Of a DNA stretch of 64,000 nucleotides, positions 51,748-61,839 are shown one piece after another; positions within the stretch are counted from its first letter, which is position 1, and every line of letters starts with the position of its first letter. The stretch comes from Chiloscyllium plagiosum (lineage: Eukaryota): contig NC_057719.1 of NCBI RefSeq assembly GCF_004010195.1, positions 23,546,313 through 23,610,312 of the forward strand, written 5' to 3'. A program made the position numbers and the translations under genes. The notes under the pieces were generated by a model. That model did not search any database. It was given only the letters and a program-made list of their open reading frames with translations, and was not told where the DNA came from.

Positions 51748-51938
51748 GAAAGTCAAAAAGTGTGGCATTGGAAAAGCACAGCCGGTCAGGCAGCATCCAA
51801 GGAGCAGGATTCCTGATGAAGGGCTTATGCCCGAAACGTCGACTCTCCTGCTCCTCAGATGCTACCTGACCTGCTGTGCTTTTCCAGCACCACACATTTT
51901 GACTCCGATCTCCAACATCTGAAGTCTTCACTTTCTCC
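51748..51938. mobile_element. Palindromic PLE-derived insertion
   Basis: Arms ggaaaagcacagccggtcaggcagcatc..ggagcagga / tcctgctcc..gatgctacctgacctgctgtgcttttcc meet at an intact hammerhead. Confidence 0.9.
51808..51845 (+). ncRNA. Minimal type-I hammerhead ribozyme motif, canonical core
   Basis: GATTC-CTGATGA-[A GGGC TTAT GCCC]-GAAACGTC-GACTC; predicted cleavage after GUC at 51840. Confidence 0.8.
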
Positions 51939-51959
51939 TATAAATGAAGAAAGCCTGGT

Positions 51960-52270
51960 TCCGATAAAGTAAAATCACCATGATCCCAGATAACCACCAG
52001 GCTGCTTTCTCATTAGAGAGGGAGGGAGAGCGAGAACTGGTGGTGTGTTTAATCTGAGGGCCTCTACAGATCAGACAAGGGATGAGTTTGAGAAGAGGAG
52101 ACCTTCATTGTAATTTCAGGCAGTGCAGGAATTGAACCCTCATTACTGGTGTCACCTGCATTGCAAACCCGTTATCTGGCTACCACAGGGTCAGTTAGCT
52201 CTATTGGCTGAACCACAGTTATCTCTCTCCAGTGAAGGAGTGGTCCTCTGGGACTGTGGTGACTTCACCT
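51960..52270. mobile_element. tRNA-derived SINE (-, 51960-52185) head-to-head with an internally deleted copy (+, 52186-52270)
   Basis: Minus strand has B-box GGTTCAATTCC; both copies end in a tctgggaytrtggtgayttyac-type tail. Confidence 0.6.
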
Positions 52271-52310
52271 GTTAATATGAAGGCTTGTCAAAAAACAATG
52301 TAAGTATCAA

Positions 52311-52535
52311 AGCAAATTACTGCGGATGCTGGAATCTGAAACCAAAAGAGAAAATGCTGGAAAATCTCAGCAGGTCTGGCAGCATCTGTAAGGAGAGAAA
52401 AGAACTGACGTTTCAAGTTGAACTGACCCTTTGTCAAAGCTTTGACAAAGGGTCAGTTAGACTTGAAGCTTCAGCTCTTTTCTCTCCTCACAGATGCTGC
52501 CAGACCTGCTGAGGTTTTCCAGCATTTTCTCTCTT
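52311..52535. mobile_element. Near-perfect palindromic PLE-derived insertion
   Basis: Centre GTCAAAG|CTTTGAC at 52439/52440 with ~95-bp arms; TSD AATGTAAGTATCAA at 52297-52310 and 52536-52549. Confidence 0.95.
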
Positions 52536-52699
52536 AATGTAAGTATCAATTTGCCCAATACCTAACAAGAGAACAATCACACTAGGTTTAGATTTATGTA
52601 TTGGCCAACTATCTCATGCAGACCTTCTGAAGGTCGACAGAAAATATTTTGCTGCATGTTAGCAGCAATTGAAAAATCACCCCTGAAGTTTGCCAATCC

Positions 52700-53880
52700 T
52701 ACTTGTCCCTCAGGATTGAGGATGACTTACTTCCGCTCCGAGTCAGTGGGTTCTGAAATGGTTGATAAATCCATATCTTGAGAGCTGACTATCGACAAGG
52801 ACAGGCATCAATGTCAATATTCAACACTGACTTCATTGTGTGGGTCCAGCCTTTAGTTGCCTGACCTTGAGCCAGACATCAAACCCAGCTCCAGGCTCAT
52901 GGTGCATTTCAGAGCAGTAGTGATACCCACTCTTCTGTCTGGCTCAGAGCCTTAGACTATGTACAGTAGTAAACTCAAAACCTTCAAGAGGTACCACAAG
53001 CATGGACTTCACAAGATCCTGCAAATCCATTGGCAGATTGGACACTCTAATGTCAGTGTTCTTGCCAATATACCCACAATCGAATTATTGACGTGGCTCC
53101 ATGGGACAGATCACATTCCAGACACAAGACTCCTAAAACAAGCACTTTATTCAGAGCTTTAATGCAGCAAGTATGCCCCAGGAGTATGTAGATAACACTG
53201 CGTGTAAAAACTGCTGAAAAAAAAATTAAGTTCCCATTAAACTTTGGAAAGAAATCTTTATATGTCAAGTGTCATCAACAATGACAAGTTGAAGTCAAGG
53301 GTCAACAGAGAATGGAGCATGTGACTACTCAGGCATCCCATGCTCCCATTCTCTAACTACTGTCTGTCCCACATGTGCAAGAGACTATGTATTGGACTCT
53401 TTGGTTAGGTGACAACTCATTTTTATAAGTCATCCTCAGCCACAATGTACAGTCTACCAAGGAGTAGAAGTCCAATGCATGATGTGCAGATTTTGCCGTA
53501 CCCGGGGTAGGCGATACTTGGGGGGTTGGGTGTTTTGGAGGAGAAAGTGAGGTCTGCAGATGCTGGAGATCAGAGCTGAAAATGTGTTGCTGGAAAAGCG
53601 CAGCAGGTCAGGCAGCATCCAGGGAACAGGAGAATCGATGTTTCGGGCATAAGCCCTTCTTCAGGAGCCCTTCTTATGTTTTGGAGGTTTGTCTGCTTTA
53701 GCTGGTATCTCAACTTCATCTCTGCATGTTTCCAATGCAGAGTCTTGACATGCTTAGTGCCTTCCTGAATGAGTCTTCTCTTTTTAGTCAGTCACCAGCC
53801 AGGGACACTCTAAGTTGGTGGAGATGGTTGATGTCTTCAAGGATACTTTCAGAAACATTTCCTAACACTCCTAATGTGAG
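52700..53880. mobile_element. RTE-clade LINE fragments: + copy (~52790-53465) nested in a - copy
   Basis: TLLSGSEP.TMYSSKLKTFKRYH..GLHKILQIHWQ...PDTRLLKQALYSEL is the RTE C-terminus. Flanks 52700-52790 and 53465-53880 read as a continuous antisense RTE 3' end. Confidence 0.75.
53542..53676 (-). mobile_element. Short PLE-derived insertion ending at the hammerhead
   Basis: TSD TGTTTTGGAGG at 53531-53541 and 53677-53687. Confidence 0.92.
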
Positions 53881-54173
53881 CACCTGATTAGGTTTCACAG
53901 AGCTTGCGCTCTTTTATTGCAGTTTGATGAAATCAAGTAGTTTCACACACCCAGAAAATCACTTTGAAAAGTGATGAGTCTCTCACAGCAGTTTACTCCG
54001 TGCCGAAATAATAGGTTTTGCTATTTGTCAAGCATATAATCCACATTGTGATTCTATGATTCACATGTTGTAAAGTGTGATTTTTCAATGTAGTAATGTT
54101 GCACCAGAGGTGTAGAAGATGGCAATTAGTTATGAAAAGAACTTACATTTATTGATAGCTTTTTACCTTTCAG

Positions 54174-54228
54174 ATGAAGACGAAGCTGAACAAAATGAGA
54201 ACAGCGTATCTGGGTTCCAAAATAGGGG
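54174..54228 (+). other. Candidate 55-nt exon of an unidentified host gene
   Basis: Acceptor gctttttacctttCAG, donor G|GTGGGT; two open frames (xEDEAEQNENSVSGFQNRG or MKTKLNKMRTAYLGSKIG); purine-rich, retains CpGs, lies in unique sequence. Confidence 0.45.
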
Positions 54229-54734
54229 GTGGGTTTTATTTTAATTTCTTTCATTCCTCTTTTAATCTAGGCAATATCATCTGCAATCTGAGTACATCAA
54301 TTATAAAATCCAATATTTTCTGAAATAAAATAATATTTAATTGTAGCTTAGTCATACCTGGATTCTTTGCTCCTTTTATTTTGGCTCTGTTGACAGGGAG
54401 ATCCACAGGACGCGATAGGCTGGTTTCACTTCTCCACACCATCTAGAAGCAGCTACAGCAGCTCATTCTTCTTACCATTAGCCCAATTACCAATTTATCC
54501 CCCAGCAAATGTCCTTGCTCTCACCGCAAATCTGAGGGCTACATTTTATCACAAGCTCAAGAGAACAGTCAATTTCATGGATCGTTCCCAGGCTATGACA
54601 TTGGCTGGAAACATGGACTGATGCTCAAACTGTCCCTGGCCCATGTGCCAAACCACTCCCAAAGATGTCAAAATTTCTGAGCAAGTGAAGGATGATGGTC
54701 TACCTACCTATGAGACAACATCAGCACCCCAGCT

Positions 54735-55016
54735 GTCAGTCCCAACCCTCGGACTCAGCACTGCCTTCTTGACCTGCAATCTTCTTCCCGACCTCTCCGC
54801 CCCCACCCCGTCTCTGGCCTATCACCCTCACCTTAACCTCCTTCTACCTATTGCATTCCCAACGCCCCTCCCCCGGTCTCTCCTCCCTACCTTTTATCTT
54901 AGCCTGCTTGGCACACCCTCCTCATTCCTGAAGAAGGGCTTATGCCCGAAACGTCAATTCTCCTGCTCCTTGGATGCTGCCTGGCCTGCTGCACTTTTCC
55001 AGCAACACATTTTTCA
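54735..55016 (+). mobile_element. PLE pLTR fragment with hammerhead motif (54924-54959)
   Basis: Near-identical to 43999-44207; attc-CTGAAGA-agggcttatgccc-GAAACGTC. Confidence 0.9.
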
Positions 55017-55112
55017 CCATAGAAAGCATCCTCAGTGTGGTATGGTTGAAAATGTATATAGGCTATGAGCAGTTTTGTGAAATAAGAGGTTCAGATCAGA
55101 TAAGAACTTGCA

Positions 55113-55290
55113 GTTAACAATGGGGTGCTGGAGGCAAGGGTAATGGGTTAACAAGGTGGAAAAGTATTCATTATGTAGAGCCATTTAACAAGATGAGGAA
55201 GCATTCAGCATGTAAAGTCAGTTAACAAGGTGAAAAGTATACATTATGTGAAGCCAGGTTAGGTTAAGAACATTCATTGTGTAACAGCAA
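55113..55290. repeat. Degenerate ~36-37-bp tandem repeat (4-5 units)
   Basis: TTAACAA recurs at ~55114, 55148, 55185 and 55222, with aagtattcattatgt-like cores. Confidence 0.65.
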
Positions 55291-55499
55291 ATGGCTTAAT
55301 CTTTACTGTTGACGCTCGCTGATTGTAATGGTCACCCATTCAATATGTATGTTGCTTTATCTGGATGTTCCTCCCTGTAAAATGACTATATAGATCATTA
55401 AGAAGCTGCTGTTTGAGAGAGAAGACCGAGAACTCTTGTCTCTGTGTAGATAAGTTATGGTTCTCTCTCCCTCCAGGGCCCGGAATAAAGATGAAGGAG

Positions 55500-55935
55500 G
55501 TAAAACATACTGTGTCTCTGAGCATTTTGCTTTGGCTGAGGGGGGACTGCTCTTACCAAGATTGCAAGAACCTACAGAGTTGTGAACACAGCTCAGTCCA
55601 TCACACAAACCAGCCTTCCATCCATTTACTCCATCTGTACTTCTTGTTGCCTCAGGAAAGTAACCAACATCATTGATCCTTCCCATCCTGGTTGCACCCT
55701 CTTCCACCCTCTTCCATTGGCAGAAGACATTGAAGTTTGAAAAACAAACAAAATGGATTCAAAAACAGCTCCTTACCTGCAGTTATAAAATTTTAATGTT
55801 AATTCTGATCTCTCTCTCTCTCCACCTTATTTGTGGCTGTAACATTATATTCTACGCTCTGTTCAGCTACTCTGATGCACTTTTATAGTACAATCTGCCT
55901 GTATAGCATGCAGAACAACACTTTTCACGGTAAAT
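55500..55935 (+). mobile_element. Rex1/Babar-type LINE 3' end
   Basis: GDCSYQDCKNLQ/..VVNTAQSITQTSLPSI...RKVTNIIDPSHPG..LFHPLP. Matches the Rex/Babar C-terminal pattern. Confidence 0.8.
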
Positions 55936-56244
55936 TAAGCTAATAAACTCAAAATAATAATAATAACAATAGCCACTTTAATTGCAGCCCAAATGCAGAC
56001 ATATGCTTTCATTTATCAGCTTATGAGTATGGCCGAACGGCTTTAAGTATGGATGATTGGTAAATATTGCAATGCTGATAAGAGATCTAGTATTTTCTCT
56101 CCATCTACTGTGAATGCAACATGGATAATGTTTTTTTTTATTTGCAGATAAGTCGCCAGTCATAGAAGATAGCATTACTAGAATAATTCCTAGGGACCCC
56201 TCATTGTCAAGGGTGTACATTTATATTGCAAACAGACATCCAAC

Positions 56245-56392
56245 ACAGATGGAGAGAAAGCAGAGTTAGCATTTCAAGACCCTTAACATTGACTCTACTT
56301 TCTCTCCACAGATGCTGCTAGACCTGCTGAGCTTTTCCAACAATTTCTGTTTCTATTTCTGATTTCTAGCATCTGCAGTTCTTTGCTTTTTT
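56245..56392. mobile_element. Short palindromic PLE-derived element
   Basis: tggagagaaagcagagttagcatt / acattgactctactttctctccacagatgctgc... Confidence 0.7.
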
Positions 56393-57736
56393 TGAGCAAT
56401 ACAGGGACTGGATTTAAAATTAAGCATTTTTTTTGTCCATTAGAATGATTTGTCATGTGATAAAGGTCATGTTATGCAGGGAGCCAACGTTGTTATTCCA
56501 GAAATATACAGTTCCCCTTATGATCTTTATAATCAACACTTCAGGCTGAATTTGACAGAGATTCTAGCAAGTGACCCCAGTCAGATGAAGATATAGAAAG
56601 TGCAGTGAAACAGTGAAGAGTATGTTCAGCTTCAGAAAAAGCAATACCTTTGGACACATAGAAATGGGCAGCTGGAGTATGGCAGAAGAACCACATTGAA
56701 GCTGAAGAAATTGAAGGATAGTTTCTATCCATTGCAATGGATAACCATTCAAAGTGACCTGGGTGAAGAGTTTCTGATGAATTGAACAACTGCAAAACTA
56801 GAGATTTTGTGTAGTTTGCTTAAATCTATGGATTCATGGAAGAAATTGTGCCTGACAACCTCAGTTTCGTTCAGAAGAGTTTTCAAATGATATGAGAATG
56901 AACATGACAAAACTCTTTAAAGTTCCACTGTTTCATCTTGCTTCAAATAGAGCAACAAAGCACACAGTACAGTTTGTTAAGCATGGTCTTGTTTAAACAA
57001 AACTCTAGATAAGTTGGAAGAAAGGTCAGATGTCATTGTATCATCAACTGGTAAATATTTTGTTCATTTATCATTAGATGCCTCATATTACCATTAACTG
57101 TATGCCAGCTCAACTGTCTCTTAGACAGCTAAACTTTTCATTACTGATGCCAGACTTAATAAAGTCAGTAGATGAAAAACAGTGCAAACAGAAAGAGACT
57201 CAAGCTAGGGACAGAGTGAGGGAAAGAATCTGAAGTTGCAATAGATGGTTAAGGTAAAGGAACATCATAAGTGGTTGAAGGAGCTACCAGGTTGAATCAT
57301 ACAAGTATGTAATCCTCATACATATTTAGTCAGGTTTCTTCAAAGTCAGGTTTGAATAGGCAGATCATGTTTTATTTTAGATATTCAAAAGAAGAAGGAA
57401 GTTGTGAAAAATCAAATGAGTCTGATGAACCAGATAATTAGGAAATGAATAAAATACCAGTAGGTGCTCCAACACAACTTGTGCCTGAAACCACTTCAGA
57501 TTCAATCCTGGGTCAGACACACTGGTCTGATAAATGGGAAAAATTCAATTTGGAGTCAAGGACAAAATCAGTCTTTGTTTGAGAATGTTTCTTCTGAGTT
57601 TCGAGACAAAGCAAGTCAAGGTCCTTTGCCAAACTCTGAAAGTTTGAGTCAAGAAAGGAGATGTCCTCTTAGGAATTGAAAACCAGTAGTTGTTAGATTT
57701 GCATCTAATAACACCCCATTTGTATTTATGAATAGA

Positions 57737-57833
57737 GATGGAAATGTGTTGCTGGAAAAGCGCAGCAGGTCAGGCAGCATCTAGGGAACAGGAGAATCGA
57801 CGTTTCGGGCATTAGCCCTTCTTCAGGAAAGTC
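57737..57833 (-). mobile_element. 97-bp PLE-derived insertion
   Basis: TSD TATTTATGAATAGA at 57723-57736 and 57834-57847. Confidence 0.93.
57796..57829 (-). ncRNA. Minimal type-I hammerhead ribozyme motif
   Basis: Reverse complement TTC-CTGAAGA-[A GGGC TAAT GCCC]-GAAACGTC-GAT. Confidence 0.7.
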
Positions 57834-59569
57834 TATTTATGAATAGACCAAAACAAACCAGTTTAGTCTGACATTGACATCCACATGTTGCATTCTGTTT
57901 AGTACATTCTACAAAGATACCACAGCCACCATTCCTTTATTCCATTTATTGATTCTTTCTTTCACTTATCCATAAAACCCCATGGCATTCTTTCTAAATT
58001 AAAAGCACTAAGCAAATGCATCTTTCCTCATTGTTCCATCAGGTAGCAGAGTTGAATATAAATGTAAAACATAAATGTTGAGCTAACCCTTAATAAATTT
58101 GATGATTGTGTATATGTTCAACAAACAAAATATATATATGAGAATATGGAAAAGAGGATTAAATTAGAATTGGGCAGGGATACTAAACAGAGAGAGATGC
58201 ATTAGTTATCTAATTATGCAGAAGTCAATGAAATTGGATAACCAGCTAAGGGAATAGCACATGGCTACTAGGCCAATCTTGTGTCTCTATCCAGTCTCCA
58301 AAGCTGAAGAGAAATTGGAAAGGGAGGAATTTGTGGAAATTTGAGAAAAGTCACTAGAGAGTAAATCATTCCACATCACACAGCTAAAGTACTCACCACA
58401 ACTATTTTCAATCAAATAATGAGGAACACTTTAGTACAACAAAGGGAACTTAAACAGAATGGTCAAATAAGCAGTCAAACTACAAAACAAAGAGACATGC
58501 TAACCAGTGAATGAGCAGGCAAACATCAGAGAACAAGGATGGAGACAAATGAAACTCTGAGTAAGAAAATTATTCCTTCCAAACTACAGATATATAAACT
58601 TATATCATGGCACACAAGAAAAATGAGGTGAACCACAATTTGCTATAAAGGATTGCCCTAAATTTGCATGTAACACATCTCATTATTCAAGGGTAAACAA
58701 TTGACTGAAAACATCCCAGTGAGAATGAGATATAGTTCAGCAAAAATAGACTATAGTCAACGAATTGGAAAGCCAGAATCTAATGAAGTGCAAGAGGATC
58801 TGTTAGTCTCAGGGATAAATATAGTGAATTAGTTGGTTGATAAAATGAAAATCGTAAGACTTTTTTTTGACCTACAAAGATATTACCATATATGTATAAT
58901 TTATAAGTTCGTAGTCTTTACAAAAGTTTTTAAGAGTTATGTCTATACAACAAATGAACCTTCTGTGATTGTATTTTATTTTAGAAGCTTACATTTGGTT
59001 TTACCTCACCAGCCCAGGGATATCCCTATCAGTGACTCAGTCAAGATTAAATCAACATATGAATGGTTTACTCTATAAAAGCAAACCTACTAGCTTTACA
59101 ACCACAAATCAAGATATGCACTATAAGATAAGGATGTCCCTATCTATTAGTAGCATCAATCAGCCTTCCCTACCATTTAAAACTGAAAGATACTGAGAAC
59201 AGCAAAATTGAGGTATTAATTCGCTACTCCATCATAGAAGATTGCTAGTCCTTCTGTAATGAATCGTTACATTAAATTGCAAAAGCTTAACATCTCTGGA
59301 GGGAAAAAGTGACAAGTGTAAAATGTGCTGACACTTATATGAAAGCAGAGTGATAGTATGACAGTTCTTAAATATTAGAAATGGAAGCAGAGATGAAACC
59401 GCTTTGAAAAGATGTCTGTTCCATTCAATATGTTAATCGCTCTTCATGTTAGAACAGAAGTGTTGTTCCTTCATTGACATTTTGTGTATTTATGTAAATA
59501 GTCCTGCTTACCTAGAAGAAATAATTTAATAAATAATCATTAGATCTCAAAACAGTGCTTCCCAGATTT

Positions 59570-59790
59570 GGTTACTTCTAATGTATCGACAAAGAGAGAA
59601 AGAGAGGATACAGAGGGATATAAAACCTTGGTCTTGATGGACTGAAATCACAAACACTCCAAGAAAATAGATGGAGTTAGTAGTGGCTCGGGTAGCTTAG
59701 CTTTATATAATAACATTAATTCAAGAAAGGAATAATGCCAGAGAACTGACAGGCAGCTAACGTAATTGTTGTCTTTAAAAAGGAAGAGAG
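59570..59790 (+). mobile_element. Very old CR1 ORF2 fragment
   Basis: Degenerate KTLGLDGL...KGIMPEN*QAANVIVVFKK motif. Confidence 0.55.
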
Positions 59791-60977
59791 GATTTTTCTT
59801 TTCTGAGGGCAGCTCTGAACTGATTAGTTTCTCCTGCTCCTCAACCCAAAACTGACTTCATAAATTACATTATTCTGGAGATTTCACAATTTCACCAGAA
59901 TGTATTCACTCCAGACTTGGAGGTTTGGTAGGTCTTCACTATTGACCCTGGCTCTTTTGTTGTTCCTGCTTGGTCTCTAAGGTCTCACTTCATTGGAGGA
60001 ACTTCTATTTCTGAGATATCCAACACTGACAACATTGCTCCTGTTGAACCAAGTTATCACTCTGTTGTCTTATCTAAAGTACCCTTAATTTCTTGAATTT
60101 GCTTTGTAGTGAAAATCTTCACTACTAAAACACATAGCTCTCCTATAACGTCATAAGGGTATCGTAAGTCTCATGAATTTCCATCAACAAAAATAACTAC
60201 TCAGTGGAAATAAATATTATTTTCTTTTTAAGCATTCTAGATCTCTGTGCCAGATAGTTTTCCTGAAGTTGTAGACATTGATGTGGCTTTCATCAAGCTA
60301 TATACTATTCATCTTCATTTTGAGCAAGCAAATTCTTTTCCCCAGTCAGCTGTTAGATCTGTGTTGTGATATGTAAATATTTATTGATCATGTCTTCATT
60401 CACACTCTATGATGTTGATCTAGTTTAGCAAACATTTTCCAGTCCTCAGAGTACAAAAGATTCACTGCTTGCTTCGCATTATCCCTGTCACTAGTATTTA
60501 AATGTTCCTCTTGAATTTGTGTCATTTTAGCATCTGACAATAAATTCAAATCTGCTACGTCAGTTTGGTTGTGTTGTCTGATTTATATCAGTTAAAGATT
60601 CTTCAATGAACTCGAATGAGTTGTAATTCTCATCACTGTTGTCAGTATTTGCTCCTGATCACAAACTTGTTCTGTCCTCTGAAGGTTCTTCAGTGAGAGA
60701 TGTAAAACAAATTCCCCCTCCTGTATTGTTGTAGATTGACAGTATGGAACAACACTCTAATGTCAACATAAGTAATCTCAATAGCTTCTGCCTTCTTTTT
60801 CATTCTTCCATGAAACTAGGAATACTAATTGAAATCTTCTGCCCTTTTCCTCTTGACCAGTTGGACAACTATTGTTGGTTTCCAGAGCAGTTGCACTGTG
60901 ACTGATGTTTCTTTGGGGAGACTTACATGGCTTAGTTTTTCTAATCTTTTCACATGCTCTTGGAACTAGTTAAATAT

Positions 60978-61413
60978 TTAGGGTGTAAGTTTGCCTGCTG
61001 AACTGTAGGTTTGATATCCAGATGTTTCATTACCTGGCTAGGTAACATTATCAGTGGCGACCTCCAAGTGAAGCGAAGCTGTTATCTCCTGCTTTCTATT
61101 TATATCTTTCTCCTGGATGGGGTTCCTGGTGTTTGTGGTGATGTCATTTCCTGTTCGTTTTTTGAGGGGTTGATAGATGGCATCTTGATCTATGTTCACC
61201 ACCAATGACATCACCACAAACCCCAGGAACCCCATCCAGGAGAAAGATATAAATAGAAAGCAGGAGACAACAGCTTCGCTTCACTTGGAGGTCGCCACTG
61301 ATGATGTTACCTAGCCAGGTAATGAAACGTCTGGATATCAAACCTACAGCTCAGTGAGCAAACCTACACCCTAAACCTCAACCTGAGCTATAAACCTTCA
61401 CAAATCTTGCAAA
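60978..61413. mobile_element. Palindromic Poseidon/Penelope-type PLE insertion with ~170-bp arms
   Basis: TSD AACTAGTTAAATAT at 60964-60977 and 61414-61427; arms ~60978-61149 and ~61204-61375; ORFs 61011(+) and 61144(-) are mirror translations. Confidence 0.95.
61295..61334 (+). ncRNA. Minimal type-I hammerhead ribozyme motif
   Basis: CCA-CTGATGA-[T GTTACCT AGCC AGGTAAT]-GAAACGTC-TGG; stem I CCA/TGG. Confidence 0.75.
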
Positions 61414-61839
61414 AACTAGTTAAATATCTTGAGGTCAAGACATGCTGTTAGTGAGAAGAGCTGATCATAAATTGCATAGGCATCCTCAAATCTCTCACAC
61501 TCCTTGTGCTGCAGGGTAATCTGTATCCTACTTTTGACCTTGAGAGTTATGCTATCTGCATTATGCAGCTTCCTCACCAAATGTTGTAACTTCTACTTCT
61601 TCAACAATGGTGTTTTACCTGAAGAGCCAGATGGCAAGTTGGCACAGTGTTTAGTATTGCTGCTTCACAGCACCAGGGACCTGGGTTTGATTCCACCCTA
61701 GGATGACTATCTGTGTAGAGCTTGCAAGTTCTCCCTGTCCCTGCACTGGTTGCCTCCAGGTGCTCTAGTTACCTCCCACTGACCAAAGATGTGCAGGTTA
61801 GGTGGATTGGCCATGATCAATGCAGGGTTACAGAGATAA

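Noticed and set aside
23785..57833. Recurrent short palindromic repeats as a CRISPR array or classical MITEs
   Set aside because: They are dispersed rather than regularly spaced, the context is eukaryotic, and variable long TSDs plus pLTR homology indicate PLE origin.
11925..59525. AG|GT recursive-splice-like motifs (11930, 12543, 13008 on +; 59507 on -)
   Set aside because: Such short motifs are expected by chance in 64 kb and occur on both strands.
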